Shown here piece by piece: positions 49,292 to 59,653 of a DNA stretch of 64,000 nt (positions are counted from its first letter, which is position 1; each line of letters starts with the position of its first letter). The stretch spans positions 10,722 through 74,721 of the forward strand of contig CACGZD010000006.1 of the NCBI GenBank assembly GCA_902577425.1, given 5' to 3'. Below the pieces are notes generated by a model. It was not told the origin of the DNA. It searched no databases and worked only from the letters and a program-made list of their open reading frames with translations. Source of the DNA: an uncultured Alphaproteobacteria bacterium. GTDB taxonomy: Bacteria > Pseudomonadota > Alphaproteobacteria > HIMB59 > GCA-002718135. Position numbers and translations under genes: made by a program.

Positions 49292-49813
49292 TTAATTTTC
49301 ATAAGGTATAATTCTTATAGTGTTTCCATAAATAATAATTACTCTTTGATTGTTAGGAAGAGGATCTTTATCACCTTGTACAAAAGCTTTATCCTGATTA
49401 TTTTCACAACTCAAAGTACTTTCCCCACAATTATCAATATTAATAATATATTGAAAACCATCATGGTTTCCTAATGCAGCTTGTATTACTGATCCAGCTG
49501 CAGCACCGCCTACAGTACCAAAAACTATACCAATATCTTGACATTTAGTTCCGGCAACTTCTTCTTCTCCACAAATATGCGCTCCAAGCAAAGCTCCAAT
49601 TAATCCTCCGGCAGTGGCACCAATCCAATCACTCTCTCCTTTAATTTTAACTGGTAAAGAAGTTTTGATAGTCCCATATTCAACAGCTGTAACTTTTTGG
49701 GCATCTGTATTTTGAACAATCGTAGGTGAAGTATTAGAGCACGAATAAATAAATAATAGAGTTATAATAGTTATAAATTTAAACATATTAATCATAATAA
49801 TAGTATACTTCAA
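49292..49813 (-). CDS. Glycine-zipper outer-membrane lipoprotein (SlyB-like)
   Basis: Lipobox IYSC, GATAGGLIGALLG / GTVGGAAAG glycine zippers. The start may be a later Met. Confidence 0.75.
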   Translation of the reverse strand: MKYTIIMINMFKFITIITLLFIYSCSNTSPTIVQNTDAQKVTAVEYGTIKTSLPVKIKGESDWIGATAGGLIGALLGAHICGEEEVAGTKCQDIGIVFGTVGGAAAGSVIQAALGNHDGFQYIINIDNCGESTLSCENNQDKAFVQGDKDPLPNNQRVIIIYGNTIRIIPYEN

Positions 49814-49930
49814 AAAATGTTCAAATTAAGTTAACATATTAATTAGAATTTATTTAATTTTTTTTTATTATTTCATTAACATGCATTCTATTATATTACC
49901 AAAAAATTGATTTTTCCTGATAAATAAAAT

Positions 49931-50494
49931 ATGACCAAAAAAATTTACCTTATTCGTCATGCTCAATCTGAAGCAAATATAGCAGCAGATTTAGATAATC
50001 CTACTTATTACTTTGACGCTCCAATAACTACAGCGGGAGAAAAACAAGCATTAAATGCTAAAGAAAAACTAAAAAATATTAATTTTGATTTAATGGTTTG
50101 CTCTCCTATGACACGAACTTTGCAAACTTTTGATATCATATTTCCAAAACCCATTTCTAATACAATAATCTTGCCATTAATAAGAGAATATATTGAACAC
50201 TCTTGTGATGTAGGTAGACAGCCTCATTTATTGAAAAAAGATTTTCCTAATCATGACTTTTCACATATCAATAAATATTGGTGGAACAATGATATTCCTA
50301 TCAATGAAAAAAAAATTAATCATGAAACTATAAATGAATTAGATATGCGTGTAGAAAAATTTAAAAATTGGATAAAAAAAAGAGAAGAAAAAACTATTGC
50401 TGTAATTTGTCATGGTACTTTTATTTCAAGAATAATTCATTTTTTTCTAAATAATTGTGAGTTTGAAATTTGGCACTTAAAAAATGGTAAGTGA
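49931..50494 (+). CDS. Histidine phosphatase family protein
   Basis: LIRHAQS, SPMTRTLQT, IRE, CHG. Confidence 0.88.
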   Translation: MTKKIYLIRHAQSEANIAADLDNPTYYFDAPITTAGEKQALNAKEKLKNINFDLMVCSPMTRTLQTFDIIFPKPISNTIILPLIREYIEHSCDVGRQPHLLKKDFPNHDFSHINKYWWNNDIPINEKKINHETINELDMRVEKFKNWIKKREEKTIAVICHGTFISRIIHFFLNNCEFEIWHLKNGK

Positions 50495-52295
50495 TTTAAT
50501 TTTTTCTTTAAGAGAAACTTCAGTTAGTTTTGGCAAAAAAATTATTTTTGATAATCTTGATGTTAATATTCATAGAAAAGATTTAATAGCACTAATTGGA
50601 AAAAATGGAGTTGGGAAATCAACTCTTATGAGAATAATTAGTGATAAACAAGATTTAGATCAGGGTGAAGTTTGGCAGTTAAATAATATACGGGTAAGTT
50701 TTTTTAGTCAAAAATTTGAATTAGAGGAATCTTATTCTATTGAAAATGAATTACTAAATATTTTAGATAATGAAGAAGACTCATATAAAATAGATATTTT
50801 TTGTAATAATTTACAATTAAATAAAAAAGATATTATTAAAAATTTATCAGGAGGTCAAAAAAGAAGAGTTGGATTAATTAAGTCTCTAATTAATGAATCA
50901 GATATACTATTATTAGATGAACCTACTAATCATTTAGATTTAGAATGCATTATTTGGTTAGAAAATTATTTAAAAACCTTCAAAGGATCCATAATTTGTG
51001 TAAGTCATGATAGAACTTTTTTAAGTAATTTTACTAATAAAGTTTTTTGGTTAGATAGAGGAAATTTAAGAGTAAGCCCCTCAGGATTTAAAAATTTTGA
51101 TCGATGGTCGCAAGAAATGTTTGAACAAGAAGCAAGAGAACTAAAAAATAGAAAACAATTTGTTAATATTGAAGTTGAATGGGCCAATAAAGGAGTAAAA
51201 GCTAGAGTTAAAAGAAATGTTAAAAGATTAGAAAGGGCTAAAGAATTAAAAGATCAACTTGAAAAAGATGAGTCATCATATCGTAAAGCTATTCAAACTG
51301 TTAAAATAAATAAGATTATTCCAGGTTTAGATAATTCTAAATTTATAGCTGAGTTTAATAAGGTAAGTATTGGTTATGAAATTCCAAAAAAAACAATTCT
51401 AAAAGATATTAATTTAAAAATTAATAAAAAAGATAGAATAGGTCTTATTGGCAAGAATGGAACAGGCAAATCTACATTTTTAAAGGCTTTGTTGGGAGAA
51501 ATTAAAAGTCAAAAAGGTACAATTAAATTAAAAAAGAATATGAACTTTTCTTATTTTGATCAACTACGCAATGATCTTAATACTGATAATTCGCTAAAAA
51601 AAATATTAGTGCCTAGTGGAGGTGATTATTTAAAGGTTCAAGGAAAAGATAGACATGTGTGCTCTTATTTAAAGGATTTTATGTTTGATCCATCTAAAGC
51701 AACTGATAGTATTAGTACTTTATCTGGTGGTCAACAAAATAGATTACTACTTGCAAAAGTGCTCGCTAATCCTCAAACAGGATTGATACTTGATGAACCT
51801 ACAAATGATTTAGATTTAGAAACTATGGATTTATTAACTGAAATGTTATCAAATTATTCTGGTACTTTGCTTATTGTTTCTCATGATAGAGATTTTTTAG
51901 ATCAAACTGTTAATAAGATATTATATTTTGATGAAAAAGGGCAAGTCTCCATTTTTCTTGGAGGATACAGTGATTTTCTTAAAAGTCAGCAAAATGAAAA
52001 AATCATTAAATCGATCTCAAAGAAAAAAAATAATTATAAAGTTGTTTCTTCAAAAAATAATAAGAAACTATCTTTTAAATATAAATATGAATTAGAAAAT
52101 TTGCCAAAAGAGATTGAAGATCTTGAAAATAAAATAAACGATATTACTAAAGAATTAAAAAATTCCAATTTGTATTTGAGTGATGCAAATAGATTCAATG
52201 AAATCACCAGTGAAATGTTAGAATTAAAAAAAGTATTATCAATTAAAGAAGAAAGATGGTTATTTTTATTAGAAATTGAAGAAAAAAATGAATAA
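50484..52295 (+). CDS. uup: ABC-F ATPase (Uup-like)
   Basis: Two NBDs (GKNGVGKST/GKNGTGKST, LSGG, LDEPTN) and a C-terminal KLSFK...ERW coiled-coil domain. Confidence 0.85.
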   Translation: MVSDLIFSLRETSVSFGKKIIFDNLDVNIHRKDLIALIGKNGVGKSTLMRIISDKQDLDQGEVWQLNNIRVSFFSQKFELEESYSIENELLNILDNEEDSYKIDIFCNNLQLNKKDIIKNLSGGQKRRVGLIKSLINESDILLLDEPTNHLDLECIIWLENYLKTFKGSIICVSHDRTFLSNFTNKVFWLDRGNLRVSPSGFKNFDRWSQEMFEQEARELKNRKQFVNIEVEWANKGVKARVKRNVKRLERAKELKDQLEKDESSYRKAIQTVKINKIIPGLDNSKFIAEFNKVSIGYEIPKKTILKDINLKINKKDRIGLIGKNGTGKSTFLKALLGEIKSQKGTIKLKKNMNFSYFDQLRNDLNTDNSLKKILVPSGGDYLKVQGKDRHVCSYLKDFMFDPSKATDSISTLSGGQQNRLLLAKVLANPQTGLILDEPTNDLDLETMDLLTEMLSNYSGTLLIVSHDRDFLDQTVNKILYFDEKGQVSIFLGGYSDFLKSQQNEKIIKSISKKKNNYKVVSSKNNKKLSFKYKYELENLPKEIEDLENKINDITKELKNSNLYLSDANRFNEITSEMLELKKVLSIKEERWLFLLEIEEKNE

Positions 52296-52335
52296 TGTTT
52301 GCGAATTTTTATAAATAATATTAATTTAATTAGTT

Positions 52336-52500
52336 ATGAATAATAGACAAATAAACATCCTTGGATGGATATTATTTATAGTTTCTGCAATTGGATTCTT
52401 GATATCTAGCGTAGGAAATTTTTGGAGTATGTTTGGTAGTATTTTTTTTTTAGTAGCATGTATAATTTTTTTAATTCCTTTTTTTAGAAAAGATAGTTAA
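52336..52500 (+). CDS. Small two-TM membrane protein (54 aa)
   Basis: Below the ORF-track cutoff. Manual translation MNNRQINILGWILFIVSAIGFLISSVGNFWSMFGSIFFLVACIIFLIPFFRKDS. Confidence 0.7.
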   Translation: MNNRQINILGWILFIVSAIGFLISSVGNFWSMFGSIFFLVACIIFLIPFFRKDS

Positions 52501-52523
52501 GCTTTTTAAATTTTATTAAATAT

Positions 52524-53330
52524 ATGAATAATTTCAAAATATCACAAATACAATTTCAAGCTAAAGATACCCCATTAGAAAATGCATTATTATTAGAAAA
52601 TCTTTTTCAAAAAACTTTAAATTTTAAACCTGATTTAATTTGCACTCCTGAATGTAGCAATATTATAACTCATGACAAAAAATATTTATTAAATAATTCC
52701 ACTTATCAATATAATTGTCCAATTATCAAAAAAGCTAAAATTTTTGCTAAACAAAATAAAGTTTTTATTAATATTGGATCTTTGTTACTTAAATTAAAAG
52801 GAAATAAAAAGTTAGTTAATCGATCAATATTAATTGATAATAATGGAAAAATTAAATCTATCTATGATAAAATACATTTGTTTGATGTAAATATTAGTTC
52901 TAGAGAAACACATAGAGAATCTCATTTTTTTATTAAAGGCAAAAGAAAAGTATTAAGTAAAATTAAAAATGTTAAAATAGGATTTACTATTTGTTATGAT
53001 CTAAGGTTCCCTGATTTATATAGATATCTTGCTAAAAAAGGCGCTGAAATTATATTAATACCTGCTGCGTTCACTGTTCCTACAGGTGAAGCTCATTGGA
53101 ATACTCTAGTAAGAGCAAGAGCTATTGAGAATTCTGTTTATGTTGTTGCTACAAATATGTGTGGCTCACATCATTCTGGTAGAAAAACTTATGGTAACTC
53201 TATTATATTTAATCCTTGGGGGATAAAATTAAATCATGCTTCATCAAAAACTAAGATTATTAATACGACTATTGATTTAAAAGAAATTAATAGAGTTAGA
53301 AAAAGAGTTCCATCAATTTATAATGATTAA
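52524..53330 (+). CDS. Carbon-nitrogen hydrolase (Nit1/deaminated glutathione amidase-like)
   Basis: PE, YDKIHLFDV, TICYDLRFP, PAAFT..TG.AHW, RARAIEN. Confidence 0.92.
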   Translation: MNNFKISQIQFQAKDTPLENALLLENLFQKTLNFKPDLICTPECSNIITHDKKYLLNNSTYQYNCPIIKKAKIFAKQNKVFINIGSLLLKLKGNKKLVNRSILIDNNGKIKSIYDKIHLFDVNISSRETHRESHFFIKGKRKVLSKIKNVKIGFTICYDLRFPDLYRYLAKKGAEIILIPAAFTVPTGEAHWNTLVRARAIENSVYVVATNMCGSHHSGRKTYGNSIIFNPWGIKLNHASSKTKIINTTIDLKEINRVRKRVPSIYND

Positions 53331-53946
53331 ATATAACGCTCTTATTAATGGAATTGGAACGAGTGTTAAAACGAAAAAATATTATGATGAATGGTCTAAA
53401 GATTATGATAAAATTTTAAATCAATGGAATTATAATGCTCCAAAATCTTCCTCTAAAATTCTAAAAAGATTCCTTAATAAAAATCCAAATGAAATATTAG
53501 ATTTAGCATGTGGAACTGGTTTATTTGGTAAAGAATTAAAAAAAATTTATCCAAAATCGTCTATTGATGGTTCAGATATTTCTACAAAATCTCTATCTCA
53601 TGCTAAATTAAAGAAAGTATACAACAGATTATTTGTTAATGATTTTAACAAGAATTTTATTTTTAAAAAAAAATATAATCTAATTACATGCATAGGTTCA
53701 CTTACTTATAATAGCAATCCTCAAAAATTATTACTAAAAGTTAGTAATATAACTAAAAAATCAGGATTTTTTATATTTTCTCATAGAGTAGATTTATGGC
53801 AGAAACAAAATTTTGATAAAATTTTAAGTGATTTATCAAATAAATGGCAAAATATATTTATATCAAGAAAATTGCTATATTTGCCTAAAAACAAAGATTT
53901 TAATAATAAAATTAAAATTAAGATAGGATTATTAAAAAAGATTTAA
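53323..53946 (+). CDS. Class I SAM-dependent methyltransferase
   Basis: YDEWSKDYD, ILDLACGTGL, DIS. Confidence 0.88.
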   Translation: MIKYNALINGIGTSVKTKKYYDEWSKDYDKILNQWNYNAPKSSSKILKRFLNKNPNEILDLACGTGLFGKELKKIYPKSSIDGSDISTKSLSHAKLKKVYNRLFVNDFNKNFIFKKKYNLITCIGSLTYNSNPQKLLLKVSNITKKSGFFIFSHRVDLWQKQNFDKILSDLSNKWQNIFISRKLLYLPKNKDFNNKIKIKIGLLKKI

Positions 53947-54025
53947 TAAAATTTTATATAAATTTGTTTAAAAATAGAGAATCGGATATTGTTCACTTGG
54001 TTTATCTTCTATCCTAAACCATTTT

Positions 54026-54065
54026 AAAAAAGAAGGGGTAATACGCCGTTATCCCTTCTTTTTTT
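54026..54065. terminator. Bidirectional terminator between the methyltransferase and mntR
   Basis: aaaaaagaagggg-taa...tta-tcccttcttttttt stem with flanking A and T runs. Confidence 0.8.
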
Positions 54066-54074
54066 AATTATTAA

Positions 54075-54470
54075 TTATAAATTTTTAATTTTGTTGAACT
54101 TTTGCATTTTCATCAATGTCTTATTACTAACATGATGCTCAATTCCTTCAGCATCAGCTGCTGCTACTTTTTGATCTAAACCAAGATTTATTAAAAAATT
54201 GTAAACTATATTATGTCTTTTTTTTGATATACTTGCTATCTTTTGACCCTTAACTGTAAGAAATATAGATCTGTAAGGCTCTTTTTTTATAAAACCTTGT
54301 GAATGCAATCTTTTAATAGTCTTATTGGCAGTGGCTTGAGCAATATCTAGAGCATTAGCTATATCAACAATTCGAGCTTCTCCATTTTTATTTAATAATT
54401 CAGCTATGAGTTCAAGATAGTCTTCTGTATTCTCAGTTTTATGTGCATTTCTTACTTTTGTAAAAGACAT
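54075..54470 (-). CDS. mntR: Manganese-responsive DtxR/MntR regulator
   Basis: TEDYLELI, ARIVDIA, PYRSIFLT, RH, DAEGIEHHVS. Confidence 0.92.
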   Translation of the reverse strand: MSFTKVRNAHKTENTEDYLELIAELLNKNGEARIVDIANALDIAQATANKTIKRLHSQGFIKKEPYRSIFLTVKGQKIASISKKRHNIVYNFLINLGLDQKVAAADAEGIEHHVSNKTLMKMQKFNKIKNL

Positions 54471-54512
54471 AATTTTCTAATACCTTATTTTTGATAATTT
54501 TTCATTAAGAAT

Positions 54513-54534
54513 AAATATAGCCATAGCTATAAAT
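54513..54534. promoter_or_regulatory. MntR operator
   Basis: AAATATAGC-CATA-GCTATAAAT resembles the enterobacterial MntR box AAACATAGC-N4-GCTATGTTT and lies between the divergent mntR and transporter genes. Confidence 0.8.
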
Positions 54535-54571
54535 TTTAGCTATATATGTATATAAATAAAAAAAATTATAT

Positions 54572-55735
54572 ATGAATGCACTTTTTAATGCCATTAAAGA
54601 CAGAGGTAATATTGTTTTAGCAAATGATGGAAGATTGCTAAAAAAATCTTTTTTTGGATTAATAATTTTAGCATGTGCTTTTCAACCTGGTGAATTTGGT
54701 ATTATAATCAGACAATCAATGACTGACGCCTATTTACAAGTTTCAGTTTTTGTAGGTTTTACATTATTTATTTTTATAGGTTTAGATAGCCTAACTAAAT
54801 TTGATATTGCTTCTTTTCTAATTAAAACTAAAAAAATTCATGTTCCAATTGCCGCCCTTCTTGGTGCCCTACCAGGATGTGGGGGTGCAATTATTGTTGT
54901 TACACAGTATATTCAAGGAAGAATAGGTTTTGGTTCTTTAGTAGCAGTTTTAACTGCGACAATGGGAGATGCTGCATTTTTAATATTGGCCATTGAACCT
55001 AGCACTGGTCTTTTAATATTTGTTATTGGTGCTATAGTAGGAATTATAAGTGGTTATATTATAGATATTATCCATGATTCTAACTATTTATCTAATCCTA
55101 CTTCTAAAATAAAAATTTCAGAAAAATTAAATAAGACTTTTGTTTCTAAATTTAATTTTTTTTGGTTGGCTATTTTTTTACCAGGTTTTTTAGTAGGAAT
55201 TTTAGTCGCTTTTCAAATTAATATTTCTGAATATTTGATTATATCAGATAAAATAAGTTTATTACCAATCATTGGCTCAGCTGGTGCAATTTTATCAATT
55301 TTTATGTGGTCATTAAATCCTTTAAGTGATTTCCAATGCTCAACTGATAAATCAAGAGGTTTATTATCTAGAGTAGTTGATACAACAAATTTTGTTTCAA
55401 CTTGGGTGATTTGTGGTTTTTTAATTTTTGAAATTTTTATGTTTTTTTCTTCAATAGATTTGAAAGTTTTTTTTAATATTTGGCTTCCATTTGTTCCATT
55501 AATTGCAATTTTATTTGGCTTCCTTCCTGGATGTGGCCCTCAAGTTGTAGTTGCAACTTTTTATCTTAATGGATTTATTCCTTTTTCAGCAGAAATTGGA
55601 AATGCGATTTCAAATGATGGAGATGCGCTTTTTCCTGCTATAGCGCTATCCCCTAAAGCTGCAATAATTGCTACATTATATAGTGCCATACCAGCTATAT
55701 TAGTTGCATATGGATATATGTATTTTTTTGAATAA
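54572..55735 (+). CDS. Putative manganese transporter (MntX-like)
   Basis: Duplicated PGCG motifs, ATMGDAAF and SNDGDALFP, ~10 TM, divergent from mntR. Confidence 0.82.
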   Translation: MNALFNAIKDRGNIVLANDGRLLKKSFFGLIILACAFQPGEFGIIIRQSMTDAYLQVSVFVGFTLFIFIGLDSLTKFDIASFLIKTKKIHVPIAALLGALPGCGGAIIVVTQYIQGRIGFGSLVAVLTATMGDAAFLILAIEPSTGLLIFVIGAIVGIISGYIIDIIHDSNYLSNPTSKIKISEKLNKTFVSKFNFFWLAIFLPGFLVGILVAFQINISEYLIISDKISLLPIIGSAGAILSIFMWSLNPLSDFQCSTDKSRGLLSRVVDTTNFVSTWVICGFLIFEIFMFFSSIDLKVFFNIWLPFVPLIAILFGFLPGCGPQVVVATFYLNGFIPFSAEIGNAISNDGDALFPAIALSPKAAIIATLYSAIPAILVAYGYMYFFE

Positions 55736-55757
55736 ATGATCTAAAAATAAAGTTTTG

Positions 55758-55964
55758 TTATTCTATATTGATCTTTCCAGAAATTGTATTTGCTAATCCA
55801 ATAGATTCTATTTTTAGTTGCATCTGAATATCAATAGAATCTCCTGATTTAATTAATCCTTTTTTATCAGCTAAATTAATTTCATTTTCTAATATTCTTT
55901 GAGATGAAATTCCTACTTTTTTTAAAAATTTTCTAATTTCCATATTTAAATTATCTTCATTCAT
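55758..55964 (-). CDS. Small conserved hypothetical protein (DUF6494-like)
   Basis: MNED.LNM.IRKFLK.VGI.SQR pattern; RBS AAGGA. Confidence 0.75.
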   Translation of the reverse strand: MNEDNLNMEIRKFLKKVGISSQRILENEINLADKKGLIKSGDSIDIQMQLKIESIGLANTISGKINIE

Positions 55965-56020
55965 GATATGTCCTTTTTATATAATTCTAGATATTTTATT
56001 GTAATTTGCCAACTCATATT

Positions 56021-56161
56021 ATGACTAAAAATAAAGATAGATCATCTAAATCTAAACATAAAGAGACATTAACAAAGTTACGAATTAAAAAATTAGAAGA
56101 AAAAATGAAGATGAATTTAATAAAAAGAAAGAAAAATACTAAGAAGATAAAAAATGGATAA
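56021..56161 (+). CDS. Small basic hypothetical protein upstream of murA (46 aa)
   Basis: Manual translation MTKNKDRSSKSKHKETLTKLRIKKLEEKMKMNLIKRKKNTKKIKNG; its stop overlaps the murA start. Confidence 0.55.
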   Translation: MTKNKDRSSKSKHKETLTKLRIKKLEEKMKMNLIKRKKNTKKIKNG

Positions 56162-57407
56162 ATTAATTATCCAAGGAGAATCAGATTTATTTGGCTCAAT
56201 AGATATTCCTGGTTCTAAAAATGCATCACTTCCAATATTAGTAGCATCTTTGCTGAGTAAAAAAAATTTAAATCTATCCAATATTCCAAATCTTCAAGAT
56301 GTTAAATCCATGATATTATTATTAAGAAGTTTTGGAGTAAAAATTATTGAAAATAACTCTAAATTTACTTTAAATGCTGAAAATTTAAAAAATAATATTG
56401 CAGATTATGATTTAGTTAGAAAAATGAGAGCATCTATTTTAGTTCTGGGCCCTTTACTAGCTCGTTTTAAAAAAGCTAAGATTTCGTTGCCAGGAGGGTG
56501 TTCAATTGGCACTAGACCAATAGATATTCATTTAGATAGTTTAAATAAATTAGGTATCAATTTTGAGATTGAAAATGGTTTTATAACTGGATTAGCTAAT
56601 AATGAATTAATGGGAAATATAATTGATTTACCATTTCCAAGCGTAGGTGCAACTGAAAATATAATGATGGCTGCAATTTTAGCAAAAGGAAAAACAATAA
56701 TTAATAATGCAGCTAAAGAACCAGAGATAATAGATTTAGGAGAATGTCTTAATTCTATGGGTGCAAAAATTATTGGGCATGGAACAAATACAATTAACAT
56801 TGAAGGAGTGAATAACTTACATGATTCAAGTTATGATATTATGTTTGATAGAATAGTTGCGGGAACATATGTTTTGGCTGCAGTTATGATTAATAAAAAA
56901 TTTACTGTTAAAAATATTAAAACTAAATATCTAGAATCTTTAATTCAAACCCTAATAAAAATGAAAGCCAATTTAATTGTTAATGATAACGATATTACAA
57001 TATTACCCTCAAAAAAAATAATAGGTATTAATATAGAAACAGCTCCTTACCCAGGTTTTCCAACTGATCTTCAGGCTCAAATAATGGCTTTAATGTGCAT
57101 AGCAAATGGACCATCTACAATTAAAGAAAAAATTTTTGAAAATAGATTTATGCATGTATCTGAATTAAATAGATTAGGTGCAAATATAAAAATTAAAAAA
57201 GATATAGCATATGTAGCTGGAAATACAAAATTTAAAGGAGCTCAAGTAATGGCTAGTGATTTACGAGCAAGTGTTAGTTTAGTACTTGCAGGTCTTTGTG
57301 CAAAGGGAGAGACTACAGTAAATAGAGTATATCATTTAGATAGGGGATATGAAAAAATTGAGGAAACTCTTGGTATTTGTGGACCTATCATAAGAAGAGA
57401 AAAATAA
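56154..57407 (+). CDS. murA: UDP-N-acetylglucosamine 1-carboxyvinyltransferase
   Basis: GSKNA, MRAS, LPGGCSIGTRPIDIH, SVGATEN, FPTDLQAQ, DLRA, DRGYE. Confidence 0.98.
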   Translation: MDKLIIQGESDLFGSIDIPGSKNASLPILVASLLSKKNLNLSNIPNLQDVKSMILLLRSFGVKIIENNSKFTLNAENLKNNIADYDLVRKMRASILVLGPLLARFKKAKISLPGGCSIGTRPIDIHLDSLNKLGINFEIENGFITGLANNELMGNIIDLPFPSVGATENIMMAAILAKGKTIINNAAKEPEIIDLGECLNSMGAKIIGHGTNTINIEGVNNLHDSSYDIMFDRIVAGTYVLAAVMINKKFTVKNIKTKYLESLIQTLIKMKANLIVNDNDITILPSKKIIGINIETAPYPGFPTDLQAQIMALMCIANGPSTIKEKIFENRFMHVSELNRLGANIKIKKDIAYVAGNTKFKGAQVMASDLRASVSLVLAGLCAKGETTVNRVYHLDRGYEKIEETLGICGPIIRREK

Positions 57408-57458
57408 AATTTTTTATAGAAGTTTTTTTATACAAGTATAAAACGAGCTAAATTTATT

Positions 57459-58106
57459 ATGAAAAAAGATATTATTATAGCTGTACCTCGTGGTAGAATA
57501 ATTGATGAAGCAAAAAAGATTTTAAATAAAACTTCTTTTGCTCCTGACCCATTGCTATTTGATTCAAAAACAAGAAAATTAACTTTTGGATCAAAAAAAA
57601 AGAATATTAAATATATTAAAGTTAGGGCTTTTGATGTTTGCACTTTTGTTGCTTTTGGAGCAGCTCAAATAGGCATAGCTGGAGATGACATTATTCAAGA
57701 GTTTGCTTATTCTGAAGTTTATGCACCTTTAAAATTAAATATAGGTCATTGTAGACTTTCTGTGGCAGCTCCTCTAAAGCTTATTAACAAAGAAGATCCA
57801 TCTACTTGGAGTAATATTCGAATAGCTACAAAATATCCAAATCTTTCTAAGAAATTTTTCGCCTCTAAAAGTGTACAGGTAGAGACAATAAAGCTTAATG
57901 GTTCAATGGAATTAGCTCCTTCTTTATCTATGTGTAGAAGAATTGTTGATTTAGTTTCTTCGGGTAAAACTTTAAAAGAAAATGGTTTAAAAGAAGTAGA
58001 AAAGATTATTGATGTTGAGTCTAAATTAATTATTAATAGATCTGCCTATAAAACGGAAACCAAAAAAATCGAATCTATTATTAATGAAATAGAGAATATT
58101 ATTTAA
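57459..58106 (+). CDS. hisG: ATP phosphoribosyltransferase, short form
   Basis: AVPRGR, GIAGDD, IATKYP, GSMELAP, IVDLVSSGKTLKENGL; 215 aa with no regulatory domain. Confidence 0.95.
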   Translation: MKKDIIIAVPRGRIIDEAKKILNKTSFAPDPLLFDSKTRKLTFGSKKKNIKYIKVRAFDVCTFVAFGAAQIGIAGDDIIQEFAYSEVYAPLKLNIGHCRLSVAAPLKLINKEDPSTWSNIRIATKYPNLSKKFFASKSVQVETIKLNGSMELAPSLSMCRRIVDLVSSGKTLKENGLKEVEKIIDVESKLIINRSAYKTETKKIESIINEIENII

Positions 58107-59401
58107 TGAAATTTCTAAATACTAATAATAAATTATTCTACAAAGAACTTGATTTTATATTAAAAAAAAGATCGTATAATAGTACTACAAAAGTAGATAA
58201 GGAAGTATATCAAATAATAAAACAAGTAAAATCCCATGGAGATAAAGCATTATTTAAATATGCGAAAAAATTTGACAAATCATCTATTAATAAAAAAAAT
58301 ATATTATTATCTAAAGAAATTTTAAAATCTTATAAAAACAAAATAGATGACGAAATATTAAAAGCTTTTAGAATTGCAATTCACAATATTACTAATTTTC
58401 ATAAGAAACAAATGCCTAAAAGTTTCCAAATCAAAAAACATGGGGTTAAAACAAGTGCTAAATGGACTCCAATACAATCAGTAGGTCTTTATATTCCAGG
58501 CGGACTAGCGTCTTATCCTTCTTCATTAATTATGAATGTTATTCCTGCTAAAGTTTCTGGAGTCAAAAGAATAGTACTTATGACCCCTTCAAAATCAAAC
58601 AAGATTAATCCATATATCCTAGCTTTAATAGATGAATTAAAAATAAGTGAAGTTTATCAAATTGGTGGAGCTCATTCTATTGCTGCTTTAGCATTTGGTA
58701 CAGAAAGCATAAAACCAGTTAATAAGATATTTGGACCCGGTAATGCTTATGTGGCTAGCGCCAAAAAACAAGTTTTTGGAGATGTTGGCATTGATTTAAT
58801 TGCAGGTCCTTCTGAAATAGTCGTAGTAGCTGATTCTAAAAATGATCCAAAATGGGTTGCTTCAGATTTAATTGCTCAGGCAGAACATGATGAAAAAGCT
58901 CAATCAATATTAATAACTGATAGTAGGGATTTCGGAAATAAAGTGCTATCTTCAATTCAGGATTTAATTTCAAGTTTACCAAAAAAAAATACTATTAAAA
59001 AAAGTCTTGATAAATATGGATTAATAATTTTAGTAGATGATTTTAAAAATTGTCATAATATAATTAACAATATTGCCCCTGAACATTTACATCTTCAAAA
59101 CAAAGATCGAAATAAAATTCATAAGAAAGTAATTAATGCAGGAGCTATTTTCTTAGGTAAATATTCATCAGAAGTTTTTGGAGATTATATTGTTGGAACA
59201 AATCATATTTTACCAACATCAGGAACAGCTAAATTTTCTTCAGGTCTTGGCGTTTTAGATTTTATGAAAAGATCTTCAATAGTTGAGATGAATTTTTCTG
59301 GCTATCAAAAATATGCTTCTAAAGTTGCTAAGATGGCAAATATCGAAAACCTTGACGGACATAAATTATCTGTAAAAATTAGACAAAATGATAAAAAATA
59401 A
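58106..59401 (+). CDS. hisD: Histidinol dehydrogenase
   Basis: GLYIPGG, GPGNAYVA, IAGPSE, AQAEHD, APEHL, GDYIVGTNHILPT. Confidence 0.97.
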   Translation: MKFLNTNNKLFYKELDFILKKRSYNSTTKVDKEVYQIIKQVKSHGDKALFKYAKKFDKSSINKKNILLSKEILKSYKNKIDDEILKAFRIAIHNITNFHKKQMPKSFQIKKHGVKTSAKWTPIQSVGLYIPGGLASYPSSLIMNVIPAKVSGVKRIVLMTPSKSNKINPYILALIDELKISEVYQIGGAHSIAALAFGTESIKPVNKIFGPGNAYVASAKKQVFGDVGIDLIAGPSEIVVVADSKNDPKWVASDLIAQAEHDEKAQSILITDSRDFGNKVLSSIQDLISSLPKKNTIKKSLDKYGLIILVDDFKNCHNIINNIAPEHLHLQNKDRNKIHKKVINAGAIFLGKYSSEVFGDYIVGTNHILPTSGTAKFSSGLGVLDFMKRSSIVEMNFSGYQKYASKVAKMANIENLDGHKLSVKIRQNDKK

Positions 59402-59434
59402 ATATATAGGTATTTTAATATTTATGGAATTTTA

Positions 59435-59653
59435 ATGCCAAAAGAAGGATCAATTGAGTTTCAAGGAGTAGTATTAGAATTACTTCCAAATGCGATGTTT
59501 AAAGTTAAATTGCAAAATGATCACGAAATATTAGCTCACTCTTCTGGAAAAATGAGAAAAAATAGAATTAGGGTATTGGCTGGAGATAAAGTAACCGTTG
59601 AAATGACCCCATATGATCTTACAAAAGGTCGAATAACATTTAGATGGAAGTAA
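59435..59653 (+). CDS. infA: Translation initiation factor IF-1
   Basis: [39 protein letters not shown]. Confidence 0.98.
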   Translation: MPKEGSIEFQGVVLELLPNAMFKVKLQNDHEILAHSSGKMRKNRIRVLAGDKVTVEMTPYDLTKGRITFRWK

